NCBI GenBank assembly: GCA_963765835.1
Contig: CAVXYF010000020.1
Location: forward strand, 20,731 to 84,730
Direction of reading: 5' to 3'
Source of the DNA: an uncultured Acidobacteriota bacterium
Lineage (GTDB): Bacteria; Acidobacteriota; Thermoanaerobaculia; UBA5066; Gp7-AA6
Length of the DNA stretch: 64,000 bases
Shown here: in pieces, positions 1 to 8,574 of the stretch
Numbering within the stretch: the first letter of the stretch is position 1
How the letters are laid out: every line of letters begins with the position of its first letter
The notes under the pieces: model-generated
What the model saw: the letters and a program-made list of their open reading frames with translations, nothing else
The model's database searches: none
What the model was told of the DNA's origin: nothing
Position numbers and translations under genes: made by a program

Positions 1-512
1 ACAGCATCTGGAACTGCGCCATCTGCGCGAGGAAGCCCACGGCGCCGCCGATCGTCGCCGCGATCGTCCCGACGAGCGTGTCGCGGTTCTTCACGTGTGA
101 CAGCTCGTGGGCGAGCACGCCCCGAAGCTGGCGCTCGTCCATGAGTCTCGAGGATCCCCGTCGTGACCGCGATCGCACTGTGGGCCGGATCGCGGCCCGT
201 GGCGAAGGCGTTCGGCTCCGGCCGATCGACGATGTACATACGCGGCACGGGAATGCCGGCGCGGTGCGACAGCTCGGTCACGATCGAGCGCAGCTTCGGC
301 GCCTCGCCGAGGCCGAGCTCCCGGGCGCCGTTCGCCTTTAGGGCGAGGGTGTCGCTCTTCCAGTAGACGAAGCCGTTCAGCGCGACGGCAAGAAGGAGGG
401 CAACGACCATCCCGCTCTGGCCGCCTAGCAGCCCGCCGACGAAGACGAGCAGCGCGCCGAGCGCGGCGAGCAGCGTCCACGTCTTGATGGTGTTGGTAAA
501 CCCGGTGGTCAT
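1..512 (-). CDS. htpX: HtpX-like M48 zinc metalloprotease; runs off the window start and has an apparent one-base frameshift near 145-150
   Basis: Hand translation from ATG 512 gives MTTGFTNTIKTWTLLAALG...YWKSD...RMYIV...PNAFATGRDPAHSAIAVTTGILE. The zinc motif LMDERQLRGVLAHELSHVKNRD follows only after a one-base shift. Confidence 0.85.
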   Translation of the reverse strand, partial: MTTGFTNTIKTWTLLAALGALLVFVGGLLGGQSGMVVALLLAVALNGFVYWKSDTLALKANGARELGLGEAPKLRSIVTELSHRAGIPVPRMYIVDRPEPNAFATGRDPAHSAIAVTTGILETHGRAPASGRARPRAVTREEPRHARRDDRGDDRRRRGLPRADGAVPDA

Positions 513-680
513 CGGTTCATCAAAGGTCTGTCGCGCCGGCGGCGCGGCCCCTCGTTCTCAGGGCACGATCGGACCCGATGGCTCGGGTCGTCGAGACCAA
601 TCTTGCCGTCTCGACGCATCGGCGCCAAGGCAGACGCGGGCAAGATTCGTTGAAGATTTCTCCACATCGCCCGCGGTGGC

Positions 681-744
681 GCGACCCTCGGCACGACCCG
701 GTGATTACCGGCGACCCGCGGCACGACCCGGTGATTACCGGCGA
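681..744. repeat. 30-bp tandem repeat, 2 copies plus a partial (GCGACCCkCGGCACGACCCGGTGATTACCG)
   Basis: 681-710 and 711-740 are identical except at 688/718. Each unit contains the near-palindrome CGGTGATTACCG. Confidence 0.9.
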
Positions 745-1005
745 TGATCGAAAACGAGCTCAACCACCCGGCATCGGTCTGGAGCGCGTCCCAGCGGTCG
801 CGGCTCAGTCTTCCCGGTCATCAAAACGAGGCCCAGGAGGTCCGGGACCCCATTCCGGGCCGGTTGCGGCCGAGATCGATAACCGGGAGTACTCACGTCG
901 GGCGGCCGGCGCACACGTGACCGCTGGCGGCTGGTAAATCGACGGCAGACCACGCGAAATCGGTCTGCCGGACCAGCCAGTTGTCGGAACGTGTCGGCCC
1001 TTGTA

Positions 1006-1347
1006 TCAAGTCGAGGCCGACCGGGCGGCAGCTCGAGCCGCTTGCGCATCTGATCTCGGGAGTACCCAGCTGGCGGCCGGCAGGGTGTTGTCGCTGACGG
1101 TCCCGGTCCCGGAGACGACCGCGATGCCACCTCCACAGACCGTCGCGTAGTCGTCGACCAGATGCATTTGCGAGGTCGCTCCGCCACCGCCGAATGCGGC
1201 CGTCTGGTTGCTCAGGTCGCCGATCGGTCCGGGCGGATCGTCGATCGATTTCCAGGCGCCCGTGAACGGATCCGGCGCCGAAATGGCAGGACCGGCCGTC
1301 ACGGCGACGACGAGGATGACGAGGACGCATGCCGCGAGACGCTTCAT
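1006..1347 (-). pseudogene. Small secreted protein, apparently frameshifted in its C-terminal part
   Basis: Signal peptide MKRLAACVLVILVVAVTAGPAISA is followed by DPFTGAWKSID...DDYATVCGGG...GTGTVSDNTL. A plausible continuation (EIRCASG) lies in another frame. Confidence 0.45.
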
Positions 1348-1445
1348 CGCGGGCCTCCAGCTGCGCGCCGGCGCGGGGCCGGCAGACCACCCCCGGCTCG
1401 GAGCACCCTAGCGGTGCCGCGTCACACCTGCGTCTCGCCGTGCCC

Positions 1446-1563
1446 TCAGGCCCGACTGCGCGTCGGCTCCGAGAGTCGGCCGTCGCGGAGCTCGAGCACC
1501 CGGTCGGCCACGTCGAGCATCATCGGGTCGTGCGTCGCGACGATGGCGGTGACGCCTTCGGCT
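1446..1563 (-). pseudogene. Orphan C-terminal fragment of an ABC-transporter ATP-binding protein (LolD/MacB-like)
   Basis: AEGVTAIVATHDPMMLDVADRVLELRDGRL contains the H-loop and terminal strands. There is no Walker A/B upstream, where the sequence is decarboxylase. Confidence 0.7.
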
Positions 1564-2668
1564 GGAGGTTCCGCCGGAACGGGGCGATGCCGTGCATCGC
1601 GACGGGGAGCCACACGCGGAGACCTCGCCAGTCGCGCGACAGCTCCGGCGAGATGAGGTTGAAGTCGACGAGATCCGAGTCGTCCTGCATCGGCGGCATG
1701 TAGTCCGCGGACAGGGCGTGCGCCCGGCGCAGCGTGTCGCGGTTGCGGACGAGAAGCGACCCCGTCCCGTAGGGCAGGAAGAGCCCCTTGTGGGGGTCGA
1801 GGACGATCGAGTCGGCGCGCGAGATCCCGGCGAGCGTCCGGCGTCCCTCCTCCGTGAGGAGAAAAAAGCCGCCGTACGCGGCGTCGACGTGGAGCCACAG
1901 GCGTTCGCGCGCGCACAGGTCGGCGAGGCCCTCCAGGTCGTCCACCGCGCCCGTGTTGGTCGTGCCGGCGCTTCCGACGACGAGGAAGGGCCGCGCTTCC
2001 GCGGCTCGGTCCGCCGCGATCGCCGCCTCGAGCGCGTCGAGGCGGATCCGGTAGGCGCCGTCGGTGGGGACGATTCGGACGTTCTTCTCCGGGAAACCGG
2101 CGAGCATCGCGGCCTTCGCGACCGAGTGGTGCACCTGGTCCGACGCGTAGAGTGTTCCGGAGAGGAAGTCCTCGGGCAGGAGCTCGCGACGCGCAGCCAC
2201 GACGGCCGAGAAGTTCGCGAGCGATCCTCCGCTCGTCAGGATCCCGCCGGCGTCCGCCGGATAGCCGACGATGTCGCAGAACCAGCGCACGACGTTGGCC
2301 TCGATCTGCGCGAGGCCGGGAGCAGCGGCGAAGACGCCCACGTACCGGTTGACGGCGTCCGCGATGAAGTCCGCGACCGCCGAGTGGACGATGCCGCCCC
2401 CCGGGATGTACGCGAGGTAGCCCGGCCCCGAGGTGCCGAACCCCTTCGTGACGACGCGCTCGAAGAGGAGATCGAGGAGCTCGGCGTACGGCCGCCCGGA
2501 TTCCGGGAGCGGCTCGACGAGGGAGCGTGCGAGCTCCGCGCTGCCTTCGGTGTCCGCGGACGGCTGCTTGGGCAGAGACTCGACGAAGTCGAGCACCCGC
2601 TCGGTCGCCGCTTCGACGAGCGCCCGGAGCTCCTCGCGGGAGAGCTCGAGCTCCCGGTCGGAGCTCAT
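1520..2668 (-). pseudogene. Group II PLP-dependent (aromatic-L-amino-acid-type) decarboxylase; homology stops at about 1563
   Basis: Start MSSDRELE at ATG 2668. Motifs YLAYIPGGG, GILTSGGSLAN, VGSAGTTNTGAVDDL, HVDAAYGG and LDPHKG (PLP Lys). Only ~368 aa are homologous before the junction. Confidence 0.8.
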
Positions 2669-2747
2669 GGGATAAAAAGACGCGCGATGGGAAGGATTCC
2701 CGCGATGACCGCCGGCGCTTTCACGGGGCGCCAATTGAATCACTGAT

Positions 2748-4082
2748 TTGAGCGGCGCGGACCTGGTCCTGACGAGCCGGAGGGTGGTGACGCCGTCCGG
2801 CACACGCGCGGCAGCGGTCGTCGTCGCGGGCGGCGTGATCGAGTCGGTCCGGGAATCGGCGCCGGCGGGCGCGCCCGTCGTGGACGTCGGCGACTCCGTC
2901 CTCATGCCGGGCCTCGTCGACACGCACGTGCACGTCAACGAGCCGGGGCGGACGGACTGGGAAGGCTTCGAGACCGCCACCCGGGCTGCGGCGGCCGGCG
3001 GCGTGACCACGATCTTCGACATGCCGCTCAACAGCGTTCCCGCGACGACGTCCTCGGAGGCGATGCGCGTCAAGCTGGCGGCGGCGGAGGGCAAGTGCTC
3101 GGTCGACGTCGGATTCTGGGGCGGGCTCGTCCCGGGCAACGCCGGAGAGCTCCGTCCCATGAAGGAGCTCGGAGCGCCCGGCTTCAAGTGCTTCCTCGTT
3201 CCGTCGGGCGTCGCGGAATTCGAGCACGTCGGGGATGGCGAGCTGGCGCACTCGCTGCGCGAGGTCGCGAGGATCGGCGCGGTGCTTCTCGTGCACGCGG
3301 AGGACCCGCGGTCGATTCGCACAACCTCGGGTGGGAGCCCACGGCAGTACGCGACCTATCTCGAGACGCGTCCACCGCGCGCCGAGGACGACGCCGTGGC
3401 GCTGCTCGTTCGGCTCTGCCGCGAGACGGGTGCCCGCATCCACGTCGTCCACCTCTCGTCGGCGGGTGCAATTGCGCAGATCGCCGGAGCCCGGGCGGAG
3501 GGGCTTCCGCTCTCGGCGGAGACGTGCCCGCACTACCTCTTCTTCGACGCGGAGGAGATCCCCGACGGCGCCACGGAGTTCAAGTGCGCTCCGCCGATCC
3601 GGGACCGCGCGAACCGCGAGCAGCTCTGGGCCGGGCTCGAGAGCGGCGCCGTCGAAATGGTGGTGTCGGACCACTCGCCCTCCCCGCCGGAGGGGAAGTG
3701 CCGCGACACCGGCGACTTTCTCGCCGCGTGGGGTGGCATATCGTCGCTTCAGCTGCGGCTGCCGGCCGTGTGGACGGCGGCGGGGCCGCGGGGTCACCCT
3801 TTCGACCGCCTCGGGGAGTGGCTGGCGGCGGCTCCGGCGCGGCTCGCCGGCCTGGGGGCGCGCAAGGGAGCCATCTCGCCCGGTTTCGACGCCGACTTCG
3901 TGGTCTGGAGACCGGAGCAGACGTTCGACGTCCGACCCGAATCGCTCCACCACCGTCACAAGCTCTCGCCCTACCTGGGACGGCCGCTCTCCGGCGTCGT
4001 GGAGTCGACGTACCTCGCGGGTGAGAAGATCTTCGAACGCGGCCGGTTCGTCGGGCCGCCGAGGGGAGAGTTACTCCTTTGA
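2748..4082 (+). CDS. allB: Allantoinase
   Basis: DTHVHVNEPGRTDWEGF, DMPLNSVP, GFKCF, ETCPHYL, FKCAPPIR and SDHSP; adjacent to allantoicase. Confidence 0.93.
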   Translation: MSGADLVLTSRRVVTPSGTRAAAVVVAGGVIESVRESAPAGAPVVDVGDSVLMPGLVDTHVHVNEPGRTDWEGFETATRAAAAGGVTTIFDMPLNSVPATTSSEAMRVKLAAAEGKCSVDVGFWGGLVPGNAGELRPMKELGAPGFKCFLVPSGVAEFEHVGDGELAHSLREVARIGAVLLVHAEDPRSIRTTSGGSPRQYATYLETRPPRAEDDAVALLVRLCRETGARIHVVHLSSAGAIAQIAGARAEGLPLSAETCPHYLFFDAEEIPDGATEFKCAPPIRDRANREQLWAGLESGAVEMVVSDHSPSPPEGKCRDTGDFLAAWGGISSLQLRLPAVWTAAGPRGHPFDRLGEWLAAAPARLAGLGARKGAISPGFDADFVVWRPEQTFDVRPESLHHRHKLSPYLGRPLSGVVESTYLAGEKIFERGRFVGPPRGELLL

Positions 4083-5065
4083 CGGATTTTACCGAACTGG
4101 TCGATCTTGCCTCCGAACGCCTGGGCGGAGCGGCAGTCTCCGCGAACGACGAGTTCTTCGCCCCCAAGGAGAACCTCGTCAAGACGGCGCCTCCGATCTT
4201 CCGGGAAGACGAGTACACCGACCGGGGCAAGTGGATGGACGGCTGGGAGACGCGGCGCCGGCGCGAGCCCGGCCACGACTGGTGCGTGGTGCGCCTCGGC
4301 CTGCCGGGCGTGATCCGCGGAATCTGCGTCGACACGGCCTTCTTCCGCGGCAACTTCCCGGAGGCCTGCTCGCTCGAGGCGGGTGATGGTCCGGACGGTC
4401 CCTGGGTCGAGGTCCTGCCGAAGTCGGCGCTGAAGGGCGATGCCGAAAACCTCTTCCCGGTCGAGAGCGGGCGCCGGACCACGCACGTGAAGCTCCACAT
4501 CTATCCGGATGGCGGCGTGGCCCGGCTGCGCGTCTACGGGCTCGTATCTCCGGAGAAGGCGTCCGTGCCGCACGCCGCGGAAATCGACCTCGCCGGGCTG
4601 GAGAACGGCGGACTCGTCGTCGCCGCGAGCGACATGTTCTTCGGCGCGAGGCACAACCTGATCCTGCCGGGCCCTCCGCTCGGCATGCACGACGGGTGGG
4701 AGACGCGGCGGCGCCGCGGGCCCGGGCACGACTGGGCTCTCCTGCGTCTGGGTCACCGCGGCGCGATCCGGCGGATCGAGGTCGACACCCGGTACTTCAA
4801 GGGGAACTCTCCGGGGAGCTGCTCGCTCGAAATCCTGGAGCAGGGTGACCCTCTCTCTCCGCAGGGGAAGTGGCGCGAAGTCCTGCCGCAGGTGCCGCTC
4901 CGGCCGGACTCCGTGCACCGGTTCGAGGCCGAGGTCCTGCCGTCGCCGGCCGCCACGCACGCGCGTTTCCACATCTACCCGGACGGGGGCGTCGCGAGGC
5001 TCCGGCTCATCGGGGAAGTCGCGGGGACAGGTCCCTTCGGGGGCCTGCACCCGCCACCGGATTAA
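4079..5065 (+). CDS. alc: Allantoicase
   Basis: Two repeats of the motif set DGWETRRRR / GHDW / VDT..F.GN / IYPDGGVARLR. The last ~15 aa are encoded by a palindromic repeat copy. Confidence 0.95.
   Translation: MTDFTELVDLASERLGGAAVSANDEFFAPKENLVKTAPPIFREDEYTDRGKWMDGWETRRRREPGHDWCVVRLGLPGVIRGICVDTAFFRGNFPEACSLEAGDGPDGPWVEVLPKSALKGDAENLFPVESGRRTTHVKLHIYPDGGVARLRVYGLVSPEKASVPHAAEIDLAGLENGGLVVAASDMFFGARHNLILPGPPLGMHDGWETRRRRGPGHDWALLRLGHRGAIRRIEVDTRYFKGNSPGSCSLEILEQGDPLSPQGKWREVLPQVPLRPDSVHRFEAEVLPSPAATHARFHIYPDGGVARLRLIGEVAGTGPFGGLHPPPD
5017..5058 (+). repeat. Dispersed palindromic repeat copy forming the 3' end of alc
   Basis: AGTCGCGGGGACAGGTCCCTTCGGGGGCCTGCACCCGCCACC; its flanks match those at 5299, 12452, 54383 and 55473. 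Confidence 0.88.
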
Positions 5066-5082
5066 ACGGTCGAGGCGTCGCC

Positions 5083-5712
5083 CTGACGGTCGCCCTCGAG
5101 GAGTTGAACGCGCTTCCCCCGACGGAGGCGCAGCGGCGATTCCTCTCCTGCTGTGGTTCGTCGGAGTGGGCGCGGCGTATGACGGAGGCGCGTCCCTTTG
5201 GAAGTGTCGAGTCGCTCGCCGAGACGGCCGACCGGACCTGGCGCGGGCTGTCGAGGCAGGACTGGCTGGAGGCGTTCCAGGCGCATCCCCCCATAGGAGT
5301 CGCGGGGACAGGTTTTAACCTGCACCCGCCGCCGAACTCAGCGGGGACAGGTTTTAACCTGCACCCGCCGCCGAACTCAGCGGGGACAGGTTTTAACCTG
5401 CACCCGCCTCCGAACTCAGCGAACTCGAACCTTGATCGGTCCGTTCACTGGGCCCGGCAGGAACAGTCCGGCACGGCGGGCGCGGACGCGGAGACGCGGG
5501 CGGGGCTCGCGCTCTTGAACCGCGAGTACGCCGAGCGGTTCGGCCACGTCTTCCTCGTCTGCGCGACCGGGAGGAGCGCGCCGGAGATGCTTGCTCTGGG
5601 GCGGCAGAGGCTCCGGAACGACCCGGCGACGGAGCTCGCGACCGCCGCGGAAGAGCAGCGTAAGATCACTCGGCTTCGGCTGGAGAAACTTCTTTCGCCG
5701 ATCGAGCGATGA
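5083..5712 (+). CDS. uraD: OHCU decarboxylase (start uncertain: CTG 5083 or TTG 5104), with an in-frame 3 x 13-aa insertion
   Basis: LNALP...FLSCCGSSEWARRM..ARPF, AFQAHPPIG, RQEQSG, Y.ERFGHVFLVCATG, EEQRKITRLRL; lies between alc and uraH. Confidence 0.9.
   Translation: MTVALEELNALPPTEAQRRFLSCCGSSEWARRMTEARPFGSVESLAETADRTWRGLSRQDWLEAFQAHPPIGVAGTGFNLHPPPNSAGTGFNLHPPPNSAGTGFNLHPPPNSANSNLDRSVHWARQEQSGTAGADAETRAGLALLNREYAERFGHVFLVCATGRSAPEMLALGRQRLRNDPATELATAAEEQRKITRLRLEKLLSPIER
5299..5418 (+). repeat. 39-bp tandem array x3 of the dispersed repeat inside uraD (encodes AGTGFNLHPPPNS x3)
   Basis: Units 5302-5340, 5341-5379 and 5380-5418 read GCGGGGACAGGTTTTAACCTGCACCCGCCGCCGAACTCA, with one mismatch in the third unit. 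Confidence 0.95.
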
Positions 5713-6044
5713 GCGCCATCACCACCCACGTCCTCGACACGTCGCGCGGGCAACCGGCCGCGGGCGTCTCGGTCACCCTCGAGTTCCTGGCCGAAGACGG
5801 GTGGAAGTGGCTCGGGGGCGGCCGGACTGACGACGACGGGCGAGTCCGGGACCTCTTCGGAGGCGATGTCCTGTTCGGGAAGTATCGCCTGACCTTCGAC
5901 ACGGGCACTTACTTCGAGTCATCCGGTACGGAAGGTTTTTTTCCGCTGGTGCAGCTCGTTTTCACGGTCCACGATCCCGAGCGGGACTATCACGTGCCCC
6001 TGCTCCTGTCGCCCTACGGCTACTCGACCTATCGCGGTTCGTGA
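5709..6044 (+). CDS. uraH: 5-hydroxyisourate hydrolase (transthyretin-like)
   Basis: N-terminal ITTHVLDTSRG and C-terminal YHVPLLLSPYGYSTYRGS. Confidence 0.96.
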   Translation: MSAITTHVLDTSRGQPAAGVSVTLEFLAEDGWKWLGGGRTDDDGRVRDLFGGDVLFGKYRLTFDTGTYFESSGTEGFFPLVQLVFTVHDPERDYHVPLLLSPYGYSTYRGS

Positions 6045-6859
6045 TGCTGGGTCGGAACAGCTACGGAAAGTCGGGAATCCGGCTCGTTCGGGTGGACCGC
6101 GCTTCCCCGGACCACGCCGTGTCCGACCTCACGGTTGCGGTCCGGCTGGAGGGCGACTTCGAGGCGGTGCACGTCGCCGGCGACAACTCCGGTCTCGTCG
6201 CGACCGACACGATGAAGAACACGGTCTACGCGCATGCGAAGGAGCTCTCCGGCCGCGAGATCGAGGACTTCGCGCTGTCGCTCTCGGACCACTTCCTCCG
6301 GGAGAACCCGTCGCTGTCGGGGTCCGAGGTGTCGATCGAGGAGCGGATCTGGGATCGCTTGAGCAGCTCCTCGTTCGAAGGGTCGCGCGAGGAACGCCGA
6401 ACCGCGCGCGCCGTCCGGTCCCGCGAAACCGCCATCCTGTGGTCGGGGCTCCGGGACCTCCTCATCCTGAAGACCGCGCACTCCGGGTTTTCGGGGTTCG
6501 CGCGGGACCGCTACACGACGCTGCCGGAGACCCGCGACCGCCTGCTGGCGACCTCGCTCACGGCGGAGTGGACGCACGCTTCCGCGGCCGGACCTTTCGT
6601 CGGGCGATGGAAGGCGGTCCGCAGCACGCTGCTCGACACCTTCGCCGGCCACGACAGCGCGTCGGTCCAGCACACGCTGTATGCGATGGGGGAGGCGGCG
6701 CTCGCGGCGCACCCCGGCATCCGGGAGATCCGTCTCACGATGCCGAACCGCCACCACCTGCTCGTGGACCTGTCCCCCTTCGGTCTGAAAAACGAGAACG
6801 AAATCTTCGTGGCCACCGCGGAGCCCTACGGACTCATCGAGGCGACGGTGACGCGGTAG
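6041..6859 (+). CDS. pucL: Cofactor-independent urate oxidase (uricase)
   Basis: NSYGKSGIRL, ATDTMKNTVY, LKTAHSGFSGF.RD.YTTLPET.DR, SVQHTLY, MPNRHH, EPYGLIEATV. Confidence 0.94.
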   Translation: MMLGRNSYGKSGIRLVRVDRASPDHAVSDLTVAVRLEGDFEAVHVAGDNSGLVATDTMKNTVYAHAKELSGREIEDFALSLSDHFLRENPSLSGSEVSIEERIWDRLSSSSFEGSREERRTARAVRSRETAILWSGLRDLLILKTAHSGFSGFARDRYTTLPETRDRLLATSLTAEWTHASAAGPFVGRWKAVRSTLLDTFAGHDSASVQHTLYAMGEAALAAHPGIREIRLTMPNRHHLLVDLSPFGLKNENEIFVATAEPYGLIEATVTR

Positions 6860-6885
6860 ATCGATACACCGGAAAGGAGACACCC

Positions 6886-7188
6886 ATGGTCAAGTATCAG
6901 ACGTCGTGCGCCAAGGGACAGCAGGGAGAGATTCTCGTCAACGGCCTGTACGTCAGCGGTACGGAACCCGCGTGGATCGAGCGCGTCATCCTCGAGGAGC
7001 TGGACGCTGCGGGAAACGCCATCGGGTCCTGGACGTTCCACGTCGACCGATATGTGGATCCCGTCGTGCAGAGCTCGCAGATGCTCGTTTCCAAGATGCC
7101 GTCCGGTAGCAACGTGAAGGGCGCGCGGGCCACCGCGTACTGGATCGAGATCGACAAGGTGTCGAAGTCCGCGATCTTGAACCTCTAG
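6886..7188 (+). CDS. Hypothetical 100-aa protein
   Basis: Strong SD (AAAGGAG) upstream of ATG 6886, 26 bp after the uricase stop. No family recognised. Confidence 0.65.
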   Translation: MVKYQTSCAKGQQGEILVNGLYVSGTEPAWIERVILEELDAAGNAIGSWTFHVDRYVDPVVQSSQMLVSKMPSGSNVKGARATAYWIEIDKVSKSAILNL

Positions 7189-7191
7189 ATC

Positions 7192-7213
7192 CCGCTCGTT
7201 CTTCTCCGAGCGG
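7192..7213. terminator. Hairpin between convergent operons
   Basis: CCGCTCG-N8-CGAGCGG; no clear U-tract on either side. Confidence 0.4.
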
Positions 7214-7227
7214 CGCACCAAAAGTTC

Positions 7228-8574
7228 TTAGAGCTTCCGGCTCTTCAGGATTCTCACGAACGAGCGTCCTCGCAGCTCGTCTGAGGCGAGCCCGCTCATC
7301 TCGACGGCTTCCTCCTCCGTGATTGCCCCGCAGCCCCAGGCGCGGAGGAAGTGGTTCAACAGGCCCTGCCCGGTCGCCGCGTCGTCGAAGACTTCACCGA
7401 CGAGAGTCGCCTGGCCCGCCTTCTGGACAAAGTTCTTCAGCCTCGCCGACGCTGCATCGATCCCCTCCAGGAAGAACGCGTAGAGCGCGGCGTACCGTGT
7501 CGGGAGCTGCGCGGGGTGCAGGTCCCACCCCTGGTAGAAGCCGTGCGCGAGCGAGTGCCGGACGTGGTCGTAGTGGAGCTTCCATGCCGCGTGGACCGCC
7601 CGGCGGTTCGCCTCGGCCTCCGCAGCGCCGAGCGGGCGTCCCTCCGAAGCGCGGTGCGGCGGCACCGGTAACACGTTCGTCGAGCCGTCCGAGATCCAGA
7701 CGCCGGTGCCGGCGAGCGCGACCTGGAGAACGCTCTTGGCGAAGTCGCACGCGGGATGAGTCATCGTCTGGTACGCCGCGGTGATGTTCAGGGACGCCGT
7801 GTAGTCGTACGTGCCGAAGTGCGCGGCGACGCAGCGGCGCCGCGACGCGCCCACCAGGCGCTGGATCGACGCCGTCCCCTCATCGTCGAGGATCGCCTGC
7901 GGCGTCTCGACCATGATCTCGAACGGAAGGGCGCGTTCGGGCAGGCGGAGGTGGCGCTCGAGCTGGTCGAGCAGCTGCGCCAGCGCGGAGACCTGTTCCG
8001 CCACCGTGACCTTTGGAAGGGTGACGACGAAGTTGTCCGGCAGGCGGCCGCCGGTTTCCCGGGTCAGCGCGGTCAGGAAGAGGTCGAGCGTGCGCACCGC
8101 GCGCGCCTTCAGCTCTTCGGTGAAAGGCTTGATGCGGATCCCGAGGTAGGGCGGCAGCGTTTCGGCCGCGAGACCTCTCGCCACCTCCACCGCGGCGGAC
8201 TCCGCGTGGCCGTCCTCTTCCGCGTCGGGGCGGTTGCCGTAACCGTCCTCGAAGTCGATGCGGAAGTCCTCGACCGGCTCGCGGGAGAGCTTCCGCGCGA
8301 CACGGTCGTAAATCGTCTCGGCGAGCATCCCGGGCAGGTCGAGCGCCCGGGCGAAGTCCCCCGGCTCCGGGGCGTACTCCTCGAGGGAGCGCCGCGCGAA
8401 GGCGCCCAGCCGCGGCGCGGTGTCGGAGCGGAACACCTGGGCGCCGCCGTACACGGTGTGCACGGGCTGCCGCCGATCGGAGTCGCCCGGGAAGCGCTTC
8501 GCGAAGTCGCGGTTCGCCTCCGCGATCTGCGCCAATACCATCTGAAATTCTTCGGGCGCGAGGGTCTGCTTCAC
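7228..8574 (-). CDS. HpcH/CitE aldolase-citrate lyase superfamily protein (DUF6986-like)
   Basis: GTG start overlaps the upstream stop. Motifs VHTVYGGA, RIDFEDGYG, TLPKV, EIMVETPQ, HFGTYDY, SDGSTN, QGWDLHPAQL. Confidence 0.8.
   Translation of the reverse strand: MKQTLAPEEFQMVLAQIAEANRDFAKRFPGDSDRRQPVHTVYGGAQVFRSDTAPRLGAFARRSLEEYAPEPGDFARALDLPGMLAETIYDRVARKLSREPVEDFRIDFEDGYGNRPDAEEDGHAESAAVEVARGLAAETLPPYLGIRIKPFTEELKARAVRTLDLFLTALTRETGGRLPDNFVVTLPKVTVAEQVSALAQLLDQLERHLRLPERALPFEIMVETPQAILDDEGTASIQRLVGASRRRCVAAHFGTYDYTASLNITAAYQTMTHPACDFAKSVLQVALAGTGVWISDGSTNVLPVPPHRASEGRPLGAAEAEANRRAVHAAWKLHYDHVRHSLAHGFYQGWDLHPAQLPTRYAALYAFFLEGIDAASARLKNFVQKAGQATLVGEVFDDAATGQGLLNHFLRAWGCGAITEEEAVEMSGLASDELRGRSFVRILKSRKL

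Noticed and set aside
2669-3322. N-terminal extension of the 600-aa ORF 1520..3322
   Set aside because: It is antisense to allB; decarboxylase homology begins at ATG 2668.
5299-5418. Possible CRISPR array (39-bp repeats)
   Set aside because: The units are contiguous with no unique spacers, lie inside a CDS, and no cas genes are present.
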